64,000 nt of DNA, taken from assembly GCA_021613535.1 (NCBI GenBank), contig CP075494.1:372001-436000 (forward strand), read 5' to 3'. Each line of letters begins with the position of its first letter. Position 1 is the first letter of the stretch. Origin of the DNA: Adineta vaga (taxonomy: Eukaryota; Animalia; Rotifera). The translations under genes and the position numbers were made by a program. A model generated the notes under the pieces. It saw only the letters and a program-made list of their open reading frames with translations. It made no database searches and was not told the DNA's origin. Below are positions 23,272 through 35,680 of the stretch, piece after piece.

Positions 23272-26172
23272 ATGGGGATAAAAGAAAGTGATCATTTTCT
23301 AACAAGTGAGATCTATAACCATCCAACTCCTCACCCCCCTCCACCAGTAAGTTAATGTATAAGTTTCACAACCGCACAACCAGAGAGGGTGTTTTGATTT
23401 AGATCCCCAACTGCTGTCTACAAAATCGGTAAGTGCTACACAAAAAATTACATGAACAATTCATTTACTTGGGCACATTATTATTAGTGGAAACTCAACA
23501 CGAACTACCATTAAAGTGGCTATAATTGCTATTATTGCAGTACTAATATTAGCTGTTACAATTACTGTTGGTTATCTGATAATGAGGGTTAAAATAAGCC
23601 AAAGAAAGTCCGGTAAGAATCATTTCCTGACTAAGATTAGTCTTCTGAGTAGAGAGATGTCCCGCTTAGAATAAGCAGAAGTTTTGTCGGTGTGCGGAAG
23701 ACACCTCAAGGGTATATACATATCACAATATTTGTCGGATTGAAGGAGATTCTATTGTATTTATGAATTTTGCAAAAAGTCAAAGTCTGCATATTTAAGT
23801 AAACTCGAGAAAAGTAACTCCTGAACAGTCTCTTGTTTTGCTTAACATTTTCGAAAAAATCATGTTCATGAAAAGTTGTTCATTAGATTCGTCTCCTCGA
23901 GATGAAATATTTTGTGAAACACGATCTGAAAGAGAGTGTTGAACTGTTAACTCTTTCGGGACCGGCGACGCTTTAAAGCGTCATTGAAATTGTATATGAT
24001 CTGGCGCAAGTGAATTCGAATTTTTCCCGAATCTTTTCGAAGTAGGTGAGATAAAGATGCGGATCATAACACAAACATGTAAAATAAAGCAACCGTAACA
24101 TTTCCTTCGAAGATACCCACGACAGATTCGAATTCACTTGCGCCAGATCATACAAAATTTTAATGACGCTTTAAAGCGTCACCGGTCCCGAAAGGGTTAA
24201 AGGGCAGAAATTTAGGCTTACCCCCTCCCACGGACTGTGACAGAAATAGAATAAAAAAAGGCATAACAAACCGTCACAGACGCTAAAAAATATCATCACA
24301 GACCGTGACAGAGTAAAATAAAGAAAACATCACGGACTGTGACAGAGCCATCAAAATAAGGTCACAGACCGTTACAGAGTCGCAAAATCTGCATCACAGA
24401 CCGTGCCAGACAAAGATCTTTTTACTAGACACCTTCCTCCCAACCCCTCCCCCAATACTATGACTATTACCACTCACGCTTGCATTTCCCTCCTTACCCC
24501 TTTTCCTACCCATCAAGGCTCTGATAGATAAAGCTATGTCCTCTGAGACTTCCTCGCTACCAATGTGTGACCATCACAGCTCTCTACCTTAAATTTTCCA
24601 CTTCTAATACGTTTTGATCGTTAAAATTCTCAGTTCTGAGCTCTTTTGCCACAGATAATGAAAGACAAACGACTTTAAAGACAGCGAGAAAACACAATGG
24701 ACAAGAGGTAATTAGCAATTAGTAATTATAAATCTGTTTATATCGCACACACAAGTCGTTTAATAACATTGTGTTTCACATTTTTAATCTCGCTAGGGAT
24801 TACACTAAGAGCTTTTTCTTTTAGAGAAGATATTGTTTTTCCGACCTCGACAAACGAAAACTGCTATTTTGATCGCCAATCTAGGATTTTAGTGAAGACG
24901 TAGGCCACAAAAAAAGTCCTTGCATGGTTGATTTTCAATGGAACTTTGCCAATAGAAATAGTTATTCATTAGATATATTACTACGTATCTTGACGATGGA
25001 GATCGAAGTTCGAGTTCCGAGGCTTGGTGTGCCTGGGTGGTGTGGATGAGTGAGAGTATTAGTGGGAAAATGTAGGAATAAAATCACTAAATGTACCGCT
25101 GCAGTTGCCATCTCACCCTTACACCCTCACCCTTCTGTATGTAATTATTGCTCAACAAAAAAATAAAAAATATTGATTTGCAACGAGATTGATACTATGT
25201 TTTTTTCTATTATTATATATTTTTCACTTTCGTTCAGTACCCTTACGTGCTAGTTCAATTGACATTCATCCGAATGCGCAATGGCAACAGGTTGGTCTCA
25301 CTGTCGCTGGAGGAAATGGGCAAGGCAACGGAACCAATCAACTCTATGCGCCATCAGGTTTGTATGTCGAGGACGACCAAACTATATATGTCGCTGATAA
25401 GTGGAATCATCGTATTGTGGAATGGAAATCGGGTGCGACGAGTGGTCAAGTAGTTTCTGGTGGATATGAAAAAGGACATGAAGATCATCAGTTATATTAT
25501 CCATATGATGTGATTGTCGACAGAAAGACAGATAGTCTTATCATATGCGATTATGTGAACAGAAGAGTAGTTCGATGGCCTCGTAAAAATGCAGCAAATG
25601 GAGAAACAATCATCTCCAACCTCGATTGTCGAGGTTTGACAATGGACGAGACCGGATCTCTCTATCTCGTTGACGAAAAAAAACATGCAGTGAGACGATA
25701 TCGAAGAGGAGAATGGCAAGGTGTAATAGTTGCAGGTGGTAACGGAAATGGAAGCCGACTTGATCAACTGTCTGAGCCTACGTATATATTCGTCGATCGA
25801 GATCATTCAGTATATGTGTCTGATTCGGGAAATAGTCGTGTGATGAAATGGATGGAAGGTGCAAAAGAAGGCATTATCGTGGCTGGTGGCCAAGGAAAAG
25901 GAAAAGCTCTTACACAGTTGTCATCTCCTCAAGGGGTCGTTGTCGATAAATTGAGCACTGTTTATGTGGCTGATTCGGTGAATTCTCGAATTATGCGTTG
26001 GGTGAAAGGACGCACACAGGGTAGTGTGATTGTTTATGAAAATGGTGGAGGAGAATATTCAAACCGACTCGGTCTGCTCGGCGGTTTATCATTCGATCGG
26101 TATGGTAATCTCTATGTCGTCGATTGGTTATATGATCGAGTACAAAAATACAATATCGATTCAAATAAATAA
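23272..26172 (+). CDS. Type II membrane NHL-repeat (six-bladed beta-propeller) protein
   Basis: Short N-terminal exons and a TM exon ending at 23612, phase-1 intron 23613-25237, then an NHL exon (VAGGNG.G....QL..P repeats) to TAA 26172; start codon tentative. Confidence 0.85.
23951..24196. mobile_element. piggyBac-type MITE
   Basis: TTAA TSD on both sides (23947-23950, 24197-24200); about 70-bp near-perfect TIRs ctctttcgggaccgg.. / ..ccggtcccgaaaggg. Confidence 0.88.
24228..24412 (+). repeat. About six spaced copies of CACRGACYGTGACAGA, probably transposon subterminal repeats
   Basis: cacggactgtgacaga / cacagaccgtgacaga units about 30-35 bp apart. Confidence 0.6.
25023..25134. repeat. Degenerate HTE in the NHL intron, about 100 bp before the acceptor
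   Basis: cttggtgtgcctgggtggtgtggatgagtgag...ctcacccttacaccctcaccctt. Confidence 0.6.
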
Positions 26173-27891
26173 GGGGTTTATATCGTCTTCGAACATTTTA
26201 AATACTTATCTAATCTTGAAATCGAATGTGCTTCGTTGTAATTGTTTAAAATTCACATAAAATATCATTCAATAATTTTAGTTACACACATCCTACCTTA
26301 AGGAAACCTTACGAGTGAAAATCGAAAAATAACAAAACAGGGCATCGAGATGACTGATTTTCTGAAAAAGGAAAGCTTAGAATCATAGATGCCAGATGTG
26401 AAAGTCAAAAATCCGGAAAAATTCCGGAAAGTTCTTTGAACATTATTATAGTAATGTAAAGGTCATCTTCGTAAATTATATTATCAATATCTTCATATAT
26501 TTTCACAAAATTAAAACATTTTAATTACATAAAAGAAAGCAAATATTGAAAGATAGCTAAATTATCGAAAATAACTTAGATATTTTATAGTCCACAGTCA
26601 ATTAACACGTTGCTCTTTTGCACACTATTTTCCATTGGATTGAATAATTTTGAGCAATTCCGGTTTTGATAAAAAGGGTGTGGGTGAAAATCTGGATGAA
26701 TGTGTTTATGTTAAATGAAGACTAAATTTGATAGCTGGTGAGCGTTAGTGTGATTCTGAATGTTGCTGAAACGAAAACGTACGCTTTTCTCCACTTTGGC
26801 AGAGTAAACTGAAGCCCGTTGCACATCCACCCAAATGCTCATTCAGACCCTTACCATTCGATGGGAGCACGCCCTTTGTGCTTGGAAAAATACAGATTTT
26901 GCAATTCTGTGAGTGGTTGTAAGCACACACAACAGCGTTTGTGAAGAATGTAGGAAAGATTCTGCGTAATTGTGTTAGATGGGATCATTGTGGAATGTTT
27001 GTGAACCGTCTATTTCCGCTACGGTGCGACCAAAATAGGTGAGTGTGGATAGTTGCATAAATTACAACTACCCTCCAAAGATATCGTCCAGACTCTCAAC
27101 AACTTTTAGAAACACTCTTCCAATGAGCATGGTCTAGAACGCCTCAAAGTGTAATACGTGGATACATAGATAACACACATAGTATTTGTGCACAAATAAT
27201 AACTAATGAAGGTTAGAATAGTATGAGGCGATAGAGAATTCGATGTACATTCAGAATATATGTTTTTTTTTTGTTATAAATTGTTAATAAACTGAAATAA
27301 ATCTCAAAATACGAATGACATGTAAGTTTTTAAGGAATCTAACGATGAGGGTGTCTTCAATGCGTTTGAACTTGTCTAAAGCGGAGAAAAACAATTACAG
27401 AGGTGTTTATACAGAATTGCAGTGATCTTCATGGGCTATCCGAATCTATCATTATTTTCTTCATAATGTCAATTTATAGTGCCGTTAGATCGAAAATGTC
27501 GAGTCTAAATATTTTTTCCAGGGGGATATATGTTTTAAATAATTTTGAAAAACTAATTCCTGTACTTCTTCACTGGTCTATAATGCGAATTTTTTCGGTA
27601 ACTCAATTGAATGTAATTGTGAAGAGTTATCGAGTAAATATACTAACAGATTATAGAGTTTTAAGATAAATAATTAAATAGAAATGTTTGAAAAACTTTT
27701 TAGCATTTATAAGTTTATTATTTATTAAAGTAATTGTATCAATTGTTTAAAAATATTCTCAAAAAAAGGCAAATATGAATATTCACCATTAGCAATAATT
27801 ACAGGTCGATTAGGTTATTTTTAATAGTTTTGTGCTGTTTGCTGTATTTACACAATACATTAAAATTTTTTTATTTCAGCACAGTCAGTAG

Positions 27892-28270
27892 TGTAAAACA
27901 CGAAAGTTGAATTCAACTATTCAAATATTTCACTTCTCACACACCCTCTCCCTGCACCCTCACTTTGTCTTGCCCCCTCATCGCCTTTCACCTCAAATGA
28001 ATAGCTGAAATAGTTGAAATAGTTGAATGAATAGTTGAATATACAAATAGTTGATGAACATAGTTTTTATTACATAGTTCTTATAAAATTGAATAACCAG
28101 AGCTTTCAGCACATCAAGTGCCATCGTCAGTAGCTTGTATAGTACAACTACAGTTGAGTATCACTGAAATACACAAATAACAAATACAACACTATTTGTA
28201 TATTAATTTCATTAAGATCTATTACATTATCTTCATTATGAATAGTTGAATTCAACTTTCAGGTATTACA
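27892..28270. mobile_element. TG..CA-ended inverted-repeat element
   Basis: tgtaaaacacgaaagttgaattcaactattca / tgaatagttgaattcaactttcaggtattaca; internal aatagttga repeats and a C-rich tract. Confidence 0.6.
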
Positions 28271-28311
28271 TTTAAGGAATGATGATGATATTCTTTTTAA
28301 ATATTGTCACA

Positions 28312-29931
28312 CCGGCGAGATCCGCGGTGCATATTGCACCGCTACTTTTTGTCTTCAATGTAGGATATCGGACGTTTCAGGTGACACTGAAAAACAACCA
28401 TAGAAATATTATATATTAAGTTCGATAGTTTCACAGCCTCCCACTCCTATATCTTACATATCTTTAAAATTGAAGGACCCTGAACCTATAGCACTATACA
28501 GTTAATACTTGGTCATATGCTCAATTACTTCTTTTCAAGTCAATACATATCTTAGTATAATATCTGTTCAGGGTCTACTGACATCTCTATACAATAGTCC
28601 TTCCCGATCTTCCAGTACTCAGATATAACAGCTCTTCAGGCCTACGGATATTGTGATAGTATGTAGTGTTCAAAACCTATCATTAAGTCTATAGAGTATC
28701 TGGCGTCGAATTTTGGATACATTCATACAGCATACATTCAGGACTTATTGTCATCTCCATTATGTAATTGGCTTGGTTCCATCAATACGAATACAATACG
28801 ATCCTTGAGAACTAATGGATAGCCCATACTCCTACAGCATACTCTTGACGATCTATAACTGTTCTTACAATACAGTATTTAATGCCTATAGATACCATCC
28901 TCGGAGCAGTCTCCCTATTCCCAAAAGTACCACATTCCTCCATTTCGTGCAATTGCACATTTAGCTAGAACAGAATCAACCTAAAGATCTCTTAACTGCA
29001 TGCGGAATTCCTGCATTTCCTGCAATTGCATGTTTACATTGATTACCTTATAAATAAACCTGAAGATCTATCGAACTGCACGCGGAATTCCTGCAAATCG
29101 TGCATTTCCTGCACTTTGCAGCAACTCCTTCTTTACATTGACTCACCTAAAAATAAGCCTTGAGATACATCGAAATGCTGCAAAGTGCAGGAATTCCGTG
29201 TGCAATTCGATATATCCATAAGTCTATCTCTAACTTCTTCTGTATACGTATATGCAATTGCACGAATTCTGTGTGCAATTCGATATATCCCTAGGTTGAT
29301 TCTGTTCTAGCTAAATGTGCAAATGCACGAAATGCACGAATGTGGTACTTTTGGGAATAGGAAGCATCCTCCATCCATGGGATATCGCTGAGGACTTATA
29401 ACCATTTTCAGAACAAAGTACTTTGGACCGCATTGCCATTCATTTAAATAATACATTAGGATCTACGGCATCTCTTAATGTAGTACTCGGGGACTTATAG
29501 ATACTCACACAATGTAGCACATGGCAATCGATGATCAACTCCATACTACGCTACTTGGAGATCTACCAGTATGCCGGTTATATCGTACTTCAGATTCTGC
29601 CATGATCCTCATGATACAGAACTATGGGATATGTGTTGATCACTATTCGATAGCCTTTGACTTTCGGTAACTATCCTCATGTAAAGCACCGTGCAACACT
29701 GTTCGGATAGCTTCAAAAAACGTTTAATCTTTCCATGTGTTTCTTACAATACCTTCTAGAAAAATCCAGGCACTTCTATCGGATTCGAGAACATTCTAGA
29801 AATCCCAGTATAACATATGTAGTTCTAGGATGCTCTAGAAAATTCTAGAATCCATATTCCCTCTGACCCTTTACCTTTAATTCGGCACAGAGAAAGACAC
29901 ACACACACTGAACATTATATATAAGGAAGGA
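28312..29931 (-). mobile_element. Non-autonomous Helitron-like element
   Basis: Minus strand starts A|TCCTTCCTTATATATAATG..(GT)n and ends with hairpin gcggtgca-ata-tgcaccgc then CCGG|T (degenerate CTRR); internal degenerate tandem repeats of about 33 bp. Confidence 0.55.
28913..29362. mobile_element. MITE nested in the Helitron-like element
   Basis: TIRs cctattcccaaaagtaccacattc / gaatgtggtacttttgggaatagg; degenerate 8-bp TSD agcagtct/agcatcct. Confidence 0.75.
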
Positions 29932-30189
29932 TATTTAATTCTATCAAATGAAAAACTGATACCGCAATATTGCCATGTATGAAATCGGTTTTTCGATAAA
30001 AGAGTCGGCGAAGAAGTTATTCAGTTCGTGAATCCTAATGTAGATATAATAAATCTTATTAGGCTTAAACATATTCATTCGAATTCTCCAGTAAACATTT
30101 TGAAACATTTCTATTTATAGTTTTATTAGTAATCAATTAATCATGTGCATATATGCTCCTATTATGAGAATGTGAGTGTGAGTGAGAGC

Positions 30190-30280
30190 ATCTTGAGGGT
30201 GTGGGTGTGGGTGTGGGTGAGGGTGTAGGTGTGGGTGAAAGAAGATAGGAGTACTCAAACCCACCCCCACACCCACCCAG
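30190..30280. repeat. Best-preserved HTE
   Basis: atcttgagggtgtgggtgtgggtgtgggtgagggtgtaggtgtgggtg-aaagaagataggagta-ctcaaacccacccccacacccacccag. Confidence 0.92.
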
Positions 30281-30749
30281 CACTCAAAATAAAAAAGGTA
30301 AGGTGACCGAACCCATCAAAAGGGTTCCGTAGATTTCAAAAGCTTCAGAATGCGTTCACAAATCGAAAGAAATGGTTTTCAAGATCTACGAAACCTAAAA
30401 AGGATCTGACCGCGGGTACACGCTCCGAACTATCATCTACGAAACCTTTTTGAGTTTTGTACAGCGAAAAAAGGTTCCGTCAGAAAGTACGAAACCTCGA
30501 GGTTCAGCACTATGGTTTTATACGAAAGCATTAAGGTTTCGTGAGCAAATACGAAACCTTTTTTTGCTGTACGAAACTTAAAAAGGTTTCGTAGATGATA
30601 GTTCGGAGCGTGTACCCGCGTTCAGATCCTTTTTAGGTTTCGAAGATTTTGAGAAACATTTCTTTCGATTTGTCAACACATTCTGAAGCTTTTGACATCT
30701 ATGGAGCCTTTTCGATGGGTTTGTTAATACACCTTTTTTATTTAAAGTG
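30281..30749. mobile_element. Fold-back MITE (CAC..GTG ends) abutting the HTE C arm
   Basis: About 200-bp imperfect inverted arms (e.g. aaagcttcagaatg / cattctgaagcttt; cgcgggtacacgctccgaactatcatctacgaaacc and its reverse complement); possible relic at about 60865-61035. Confidence 0.8.
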
Positions 30750-31206
30750 TGGCTCCTTACACAGTCCGACCATTCGGGAATATAATCATCAGTAGCTAAT
30801 CTTGTTCATGGGTTAGTCTCAATTCGATACCAACGGATACGTCTTATCGAGTTCTATCTGGCACAACTTTCTTCTTCAGTTGGCACAGCAATAGAACGAA
30901 TATTTGGCGGAAATATTGTTTTTTGGGTAAAAAACAGTGTTGAAAAAGTGTTTTTTTGAGGTTTTGCTTACGACTATTTTTTTTTTGAAGGACATGGAAT
31001 CTACAATATGTTCGATGCTGTATCTGTACAAGGAATATTTTTTCTGGCACAGCTCTGTGAACGAATATTTTCCGAAAATAGTCGAATCCGCTGCTAACTT
31101 TACTTACGTCCTTGCTTGCGATCTTCTTGATGATCTCAACAGCGTGTTCCTATCGAACTTAAGCCGTCTGATGATACCCTTAAGCAAGGTCGAAGCGCGT
31201 CACAGT

Positions 31207-33206
31207 TATGGATGCGCAGTTTCAGTAAACCGTGCACTGTCAGCACCGACAGTGAGGCACTGTGACACTGACAACACTGTCGCTGGGTTCACTAGTACCG
31301 TCGGTTTTGGTGACACTGAAGCCATTCACCAGTGTTCACCGTAGCACTGATAGTCACTGACACACTGACTTTCTTAAAATATAGGCAAAATAATAGTTCT
31401 ATTCTTATTTATAAAGAAAAACTGTTGAGAGATGCGCATTCGTACTTCTATAGAATCATATCTTGTCTTTATTTACATAAAAAGATTATCCTTATTGAAA
31501 TTCTCGGTTTTTATTTATACGTTTAGTTATAGGAGATTCTAAATCAACATAGAGTTTTATGCTGTTGATTGAATATATCTTGTGAAGTTATTTAAATGTA
31601 CAGTATCACACTACTATTCTATAATTAGTTATATTCGAGTCAGAAAAAATCTCACTATAGTTGTAACAGATGAAACTTTATGATAAATAAGGTTTTTATT
31701 TTGAACAATCATGAGAGGGTAAGGGTTGCTTATAACAAGATATCAATAAGAATAGTATTTGTATGTAAATAAAGTCAGTATATCGACAAAATCGGTGTTA
31801 CGGAATTTCATTTTGTCAAATTGTAATGATCATCTCCTCGTTAATAAACATGATTATGTTAAAAATATCGCTGTACATACAGATTATTTAGATCTCATAT
31901 TGCTTTAAATTGCATTTATTCTACTTTTGATTTTAAAGACAATTCTTTCAAATAACAATCTTTCACAACGAAGGCGATGACTGGCTGTTTTTTTTATATG
32001 ATTTTATGAAAGTATGGATGTGCATCTTATTGATGTTATAGGACGTTACCTATTTCTTTCATCTTTACTCTTTCTTAATTGGCCTACTTTTTCTTCTTTT
32101 GGTTGCAGACTCCATTCTATCCGCGCGTGATTGATAGTCACGCTATTGCGTATATACATTTACTATACATATATATATGTGTCAGCGTCTATTCTCGGAT
32201 TCGCCTAGGCTATAATGTTGGATTTAAATACGTATATTTTTACTTTATGTAGAGTCATTGGTTTGTTCAGAGAACGTAGCAGATAAAAGTTGGATAGACA
32301 ATTTTTCATAAAGTTAGGTCTTTGTTTTCATTATGGTTGGTTTCGGTTAAGGAAAAGAAGTAATTACATATCGATTGCTAAATCGCTTTTTACCACAATT
32401 ATCACAATGAATGACCGTGTATTTACAAGTGGAGAAATAGATATATCTATTGACGCTCATGCGTCAACAGATGTACTTATTGATGGAGATGATGTGATCG
32501 CGAAGAATGTTGGTCAAGTAGTGGGAAGGGATTCGAATGAGTATTCTTCAAAGGAAGAAAAAAATTCTTATTCATACTTTTATGTTGCTTGTTCTCGCGA
32601 AATTTATTGAGATTTTTTTATCTTGTTCACTTATGATTGAATATTCTATTTTATTCAAAATTTAATTTCATGTATTATATTTTAATTTTGTTCTATTATA
32701 ATATGCATTTTTAAATCGAACATTAGCCTAGACGGATCTTAGATTGGCCTGATTCCGAGATTGGACCTGACATATACATACATGGAGTTTTCCCTCTCAT
32801 TCGTTGTTATTTAGTTAGCGTTTGTTTCTGTTTTCGTCTTGCCACTCTCTTGTGTTTCGTCCCAATAAAACATATTGGACTCACGCCTAGGCAATCACTA
32901 ACACATCTCTCAACAGTATTTCTTTATAAATAAGAATAGAACTATTATTTCGCCTATATTTTAAGAAAGTCATTGTGTCAGTACACCACTGAACACCGAT
33001 TTCAGTATTGTCAGCGTATACTGAGGATCTGTGCGTCAGTGACTTTCAGTGCTACGGTGAACACTGGTGCATGGCTTCAATGTCTCCAACACCGACGGTG
33101 CCAGTGAACTCACAACACCAATGAACCGAGCGACAGTGTTGTCAGTGCCACAGTGCCTCACTATCGGTGCTGACAGTGCACGGTTTACTGAAACTGCGCA
33201 TCCCTA
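31207..33206. mobile_element. 2.0-kb non-autonomous hAT-type element with long TIRs (about 230-300 bp)
   Basis: tatggatgcgcagtttcagtaaaccgtgcactgtcagcaccga.. / ..tcggtgctgacagtgcacggtttactgaaactgcgcatcccta; 8-bp TSD gtcacagt/gtcacggt; same CACTGA subterminal motif as 1675-2427. Confidence 0.85.
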
Positions 33207-33226
33207 GTCACGGTGTGCTTCTTTGA

Positions 33227-33496
33227 CCCACCCACACCCTCACCCTCGAGATTCACGATATACGTATCTGGATGTCGAGCTCAGATAGGGACGTGCTCGG
33301 CTCCTCTATATGGAGTGTACACAAAAAATCCCACTCAGATGTAAAACAAAAGTCTCTCGACGAGGGTAGGTGTGGTTGTGGGTGTGGGTGGGATAAAGAT
33401 GTGTAACTTTCACCGACATCCATACCTAAACCCACGCCAACAATCACCCATACACAGGCTCACGCCACACTCGCACCCACACCCACACCCACACCC
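33227..33496. repeat. C arm, about 110 bp insert, then a full HTE with a long C arm
   Basis: acccacccacaccctcaccctcgagat ... cgagggtaggtgtggttgtgggtgtgggtggg-ataaagatgtgtaacttt-cacc...cacccacacccacacccacaccc. Confidence 0.88.
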
Positions 33497-33687
33497 ATCT
33501 AAATGTCTTAAATATGCATCTGCTTTATACACTATCACATCAGTTCTGGGTATACCATCATTCGAAATTAGTCAAGCAGCGGCATGTAATTAAACTTTTC
33601 CAATAAATCAAATAATATAGTTTACTGTTTTAACTTGTCATTTCTAAACAAACGGGCTTTACATTCTAGAAAATATCGTTTTGACAA
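33496..33687 (+). pseudogene. Duplicated 3' end and 3' UTR of the sPLA2 gene
   Basis: 192-bp near-identical copy of 14442-14633 (SKCLKYASALYTITSVLGIPSFEISQA.ACN*), fused directly to (CCCACA)n. Confidence 0.95.
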
Positions 33688-33689
33688 GA

Positions 33690-34300
33690 AATGAGATAGC
33701 TAAATAAATAGATATAGATTTGCCATCGAACTTGAATACAAGTACAAACAAATGAAAGAATCATAAGCGAGGAGCCTTGAAGAAGACCAAAGATATATGG
33801 ACTTACAAGAAAGAAACTACAAGTTGCCATCTGCTCGTGAAATAGATTTCAAAAACTTTTATTACTTCTTCCATGAATGGAGATTAGATTGATGATAAAT
33901 GACGAGATCAAGTGGATAATGTTAACTTCTTTGTCGTATTGTTCTGTAACCCTCACCTTGATTGATTTACACGACGATCTTCGATACGATGATGACTCAA
34001 CGCTTTGGGTATTATGCTGAATAGAATAAATGTTATAACTGTAGAGGAAGAATAATACCTTGAGTAACTTTCTTGTACTGTAATTGATTGAATTGTAAAC
34101 CCTTGACAACAATAATGATTCTTTTCAACTACAATACACGCGATCAACCAGTCAAAAAGAGGAGAAAAGATAACCGAATCACTTTTTAAACAAAGTTGAC
34201 TGATGATATATATTATGAGAAGGTAGATTCTATAATAGGAATACAATAAACCCAAATTTTTGAGATTTAGTCTCTGAATTTGAATATCAGATGTCTATGG
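33690..34300 (-). pseudogene. 7TM receptor fragment, degraded
   Basis: DWLIACIVVEK (TM3-like) and HRIEDRRV motifs in broken frames, similar to the EGF-7TM family. Confidence 0.55.
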
Positions 34301-34511
34301 AATGTATATGATTTTGACACAAGATGAATCAATTTGCCTGAACTCAGATAATAGAACATATCAATATTCTAATATATATTCTGATTTTGAGGATATTTTT
34401 TTAGAGATAAAGTGCAATTCTGTTTTGCTCCTTTTCTCGTCTATGTACATAGACTGAAAACAGGATTGCCAGATCTTCAGAATTCGGAAGAAAATCTCCA
34501 ACTTTTTGACT

Positions 34512-34570
34512 CCTGAGGGTGTAGGTGTTGGAGATACTCTGTCCTTCATCCACACTCACACTCTCAAGAT
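34512..34570. repeat. HTE with CTCAAGAT end
   Basis: cctgagggtgtaggtgttggag-atactctgtcctt-catccacactcacactctcaagat. Confidence 0.88.
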
Positions 34571-35280
34571 CAATTCTTTATTTCTTTTTCAGTTTCCTTC
34601 GATCAATAGTTTGAACACTCATACTAAGTGATATGACAACATATGTATTCATTAAATGAAATATTTATCTTATTTATTTTGCTATAGAATTAATCTTTTT
34701 CTTTCCATTCATCTGCCGTGCATCAGCAACACTTGAACTTGGAAAGAATTTGAAGAAACGTCTTCGGATGGAAAATTGGCAAAATACAATTATGTCTTTA
34801 CGTTCTCATACGAAGAATGTAGGAAAGATTTAAGCAAACCAAAAGATAATTAATCGACAGTAACATTTTACTGTTTTAATATTGTTCTTAAGATGAAAAA
34901 TAAAAAGAACTTTTGCTCCGATAGTGAACGAATATGTCGTAAAAGATCTCCTTCTGAAAACAAGTCTTAAGTAGCATCAACAAAAAAGCTGACCTTAATT
35001 TTGATCATGAAATGCAAGTGTATGTAAAAGAAGAAATAAATTGTTTGATTTTTGACAACAGTGTCACATATTCAGCGTTTTGGAGACGCATCCTCATCTC
35101 TCTCAGCAGACGGGGTAGTCTCCGGCGGGATATGTGACATCACTCGTTGAATTAGTACAAAAGTTAGTTTTAGAAGGGAAAAGCATTGATTAAGCGAAGT
35201 CCTTAAATTGTTTTGCCATTGAGTTTTGATATCTAAGATACCTAGAAAGACATGTGACATCATGAGCTAATTTAAGATGA

Positions 35281-35680
35281 TTAATAATCGAAAAAACTAA
35301 CTTTAGGAAACATGATAACGTGAATTTCGCCAGCCATAGATGAACTACCACCATTGTATATTGTAACCCATTGATCGTATTTTCCATCATCGAAAACATC
35401 TTTTAATTGTACTTTACTACTGCCGATCATGTCGTGATTTTGCTGAGCTATATCGTAGACGTGGAAATATATTTCATCATCTCCTGGTTGAATAATGAAT
35501 GTAAATGATTCGTTCCACACTGGATTATTATTGTTCTCAATAGTTCTTGTACGCTGTTGTCGTCACGACTTACTCAGATAAATTTCGACAAAAGAATCAC
35601 CATCACCAAAAGGGTCCTCATCTTTCAGATTTTGCCCTTTCGCGACATTAACTGTTAGTTCGCAACACGAGTCAGTATGG
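35281..35680 (-). pseudogene. C2-domain paralog with premature stop
   Basis: ELTVNVAKGQNLKDEDPFGDGDSFVEIYLSKS*RQQRTRT..NPVWNESFTF..HVYD; lacks the intron that 16492-16967 has at this position. Confidence 0.8.

Noticed and set aside
23320-23346. C-rich tract as another telomere-type arm
   Set aside because: It encodes HPTPHPPPP in a plausible exon ending at a gtaag donor.
24228-24412. Regularly spaced 16-bp repeats as a mini CRISPR-like array
   Set aside because: Repeats are short and degenerate, with A-rich related spacers, inside a TE-rich intron; better explained as transposon subterminal repeats.
26300-27250. Possible transposase relic
   Set aside because: Slightly higher GC and a weak PHSP-like motif only; ends and family could not be supported.
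30190-30240. True chromosome end or Athena retroelement
   Set aside because: The tract is short and interstitial, and no reverse transcriptase ORF is visible in the window.
30937-31344. 135-aa ORF
   Set aside because: Runs across a hAT terminus and TSD; no recognisable domain.
33253-33593. ORFs rich in HP/TP/VG/VW dipeptides (also 210-526, 7490-7745, 14568-14816, 49893-50123)
   Set aside because: These are translations of the telomere-type repeat arms, not real proteins.
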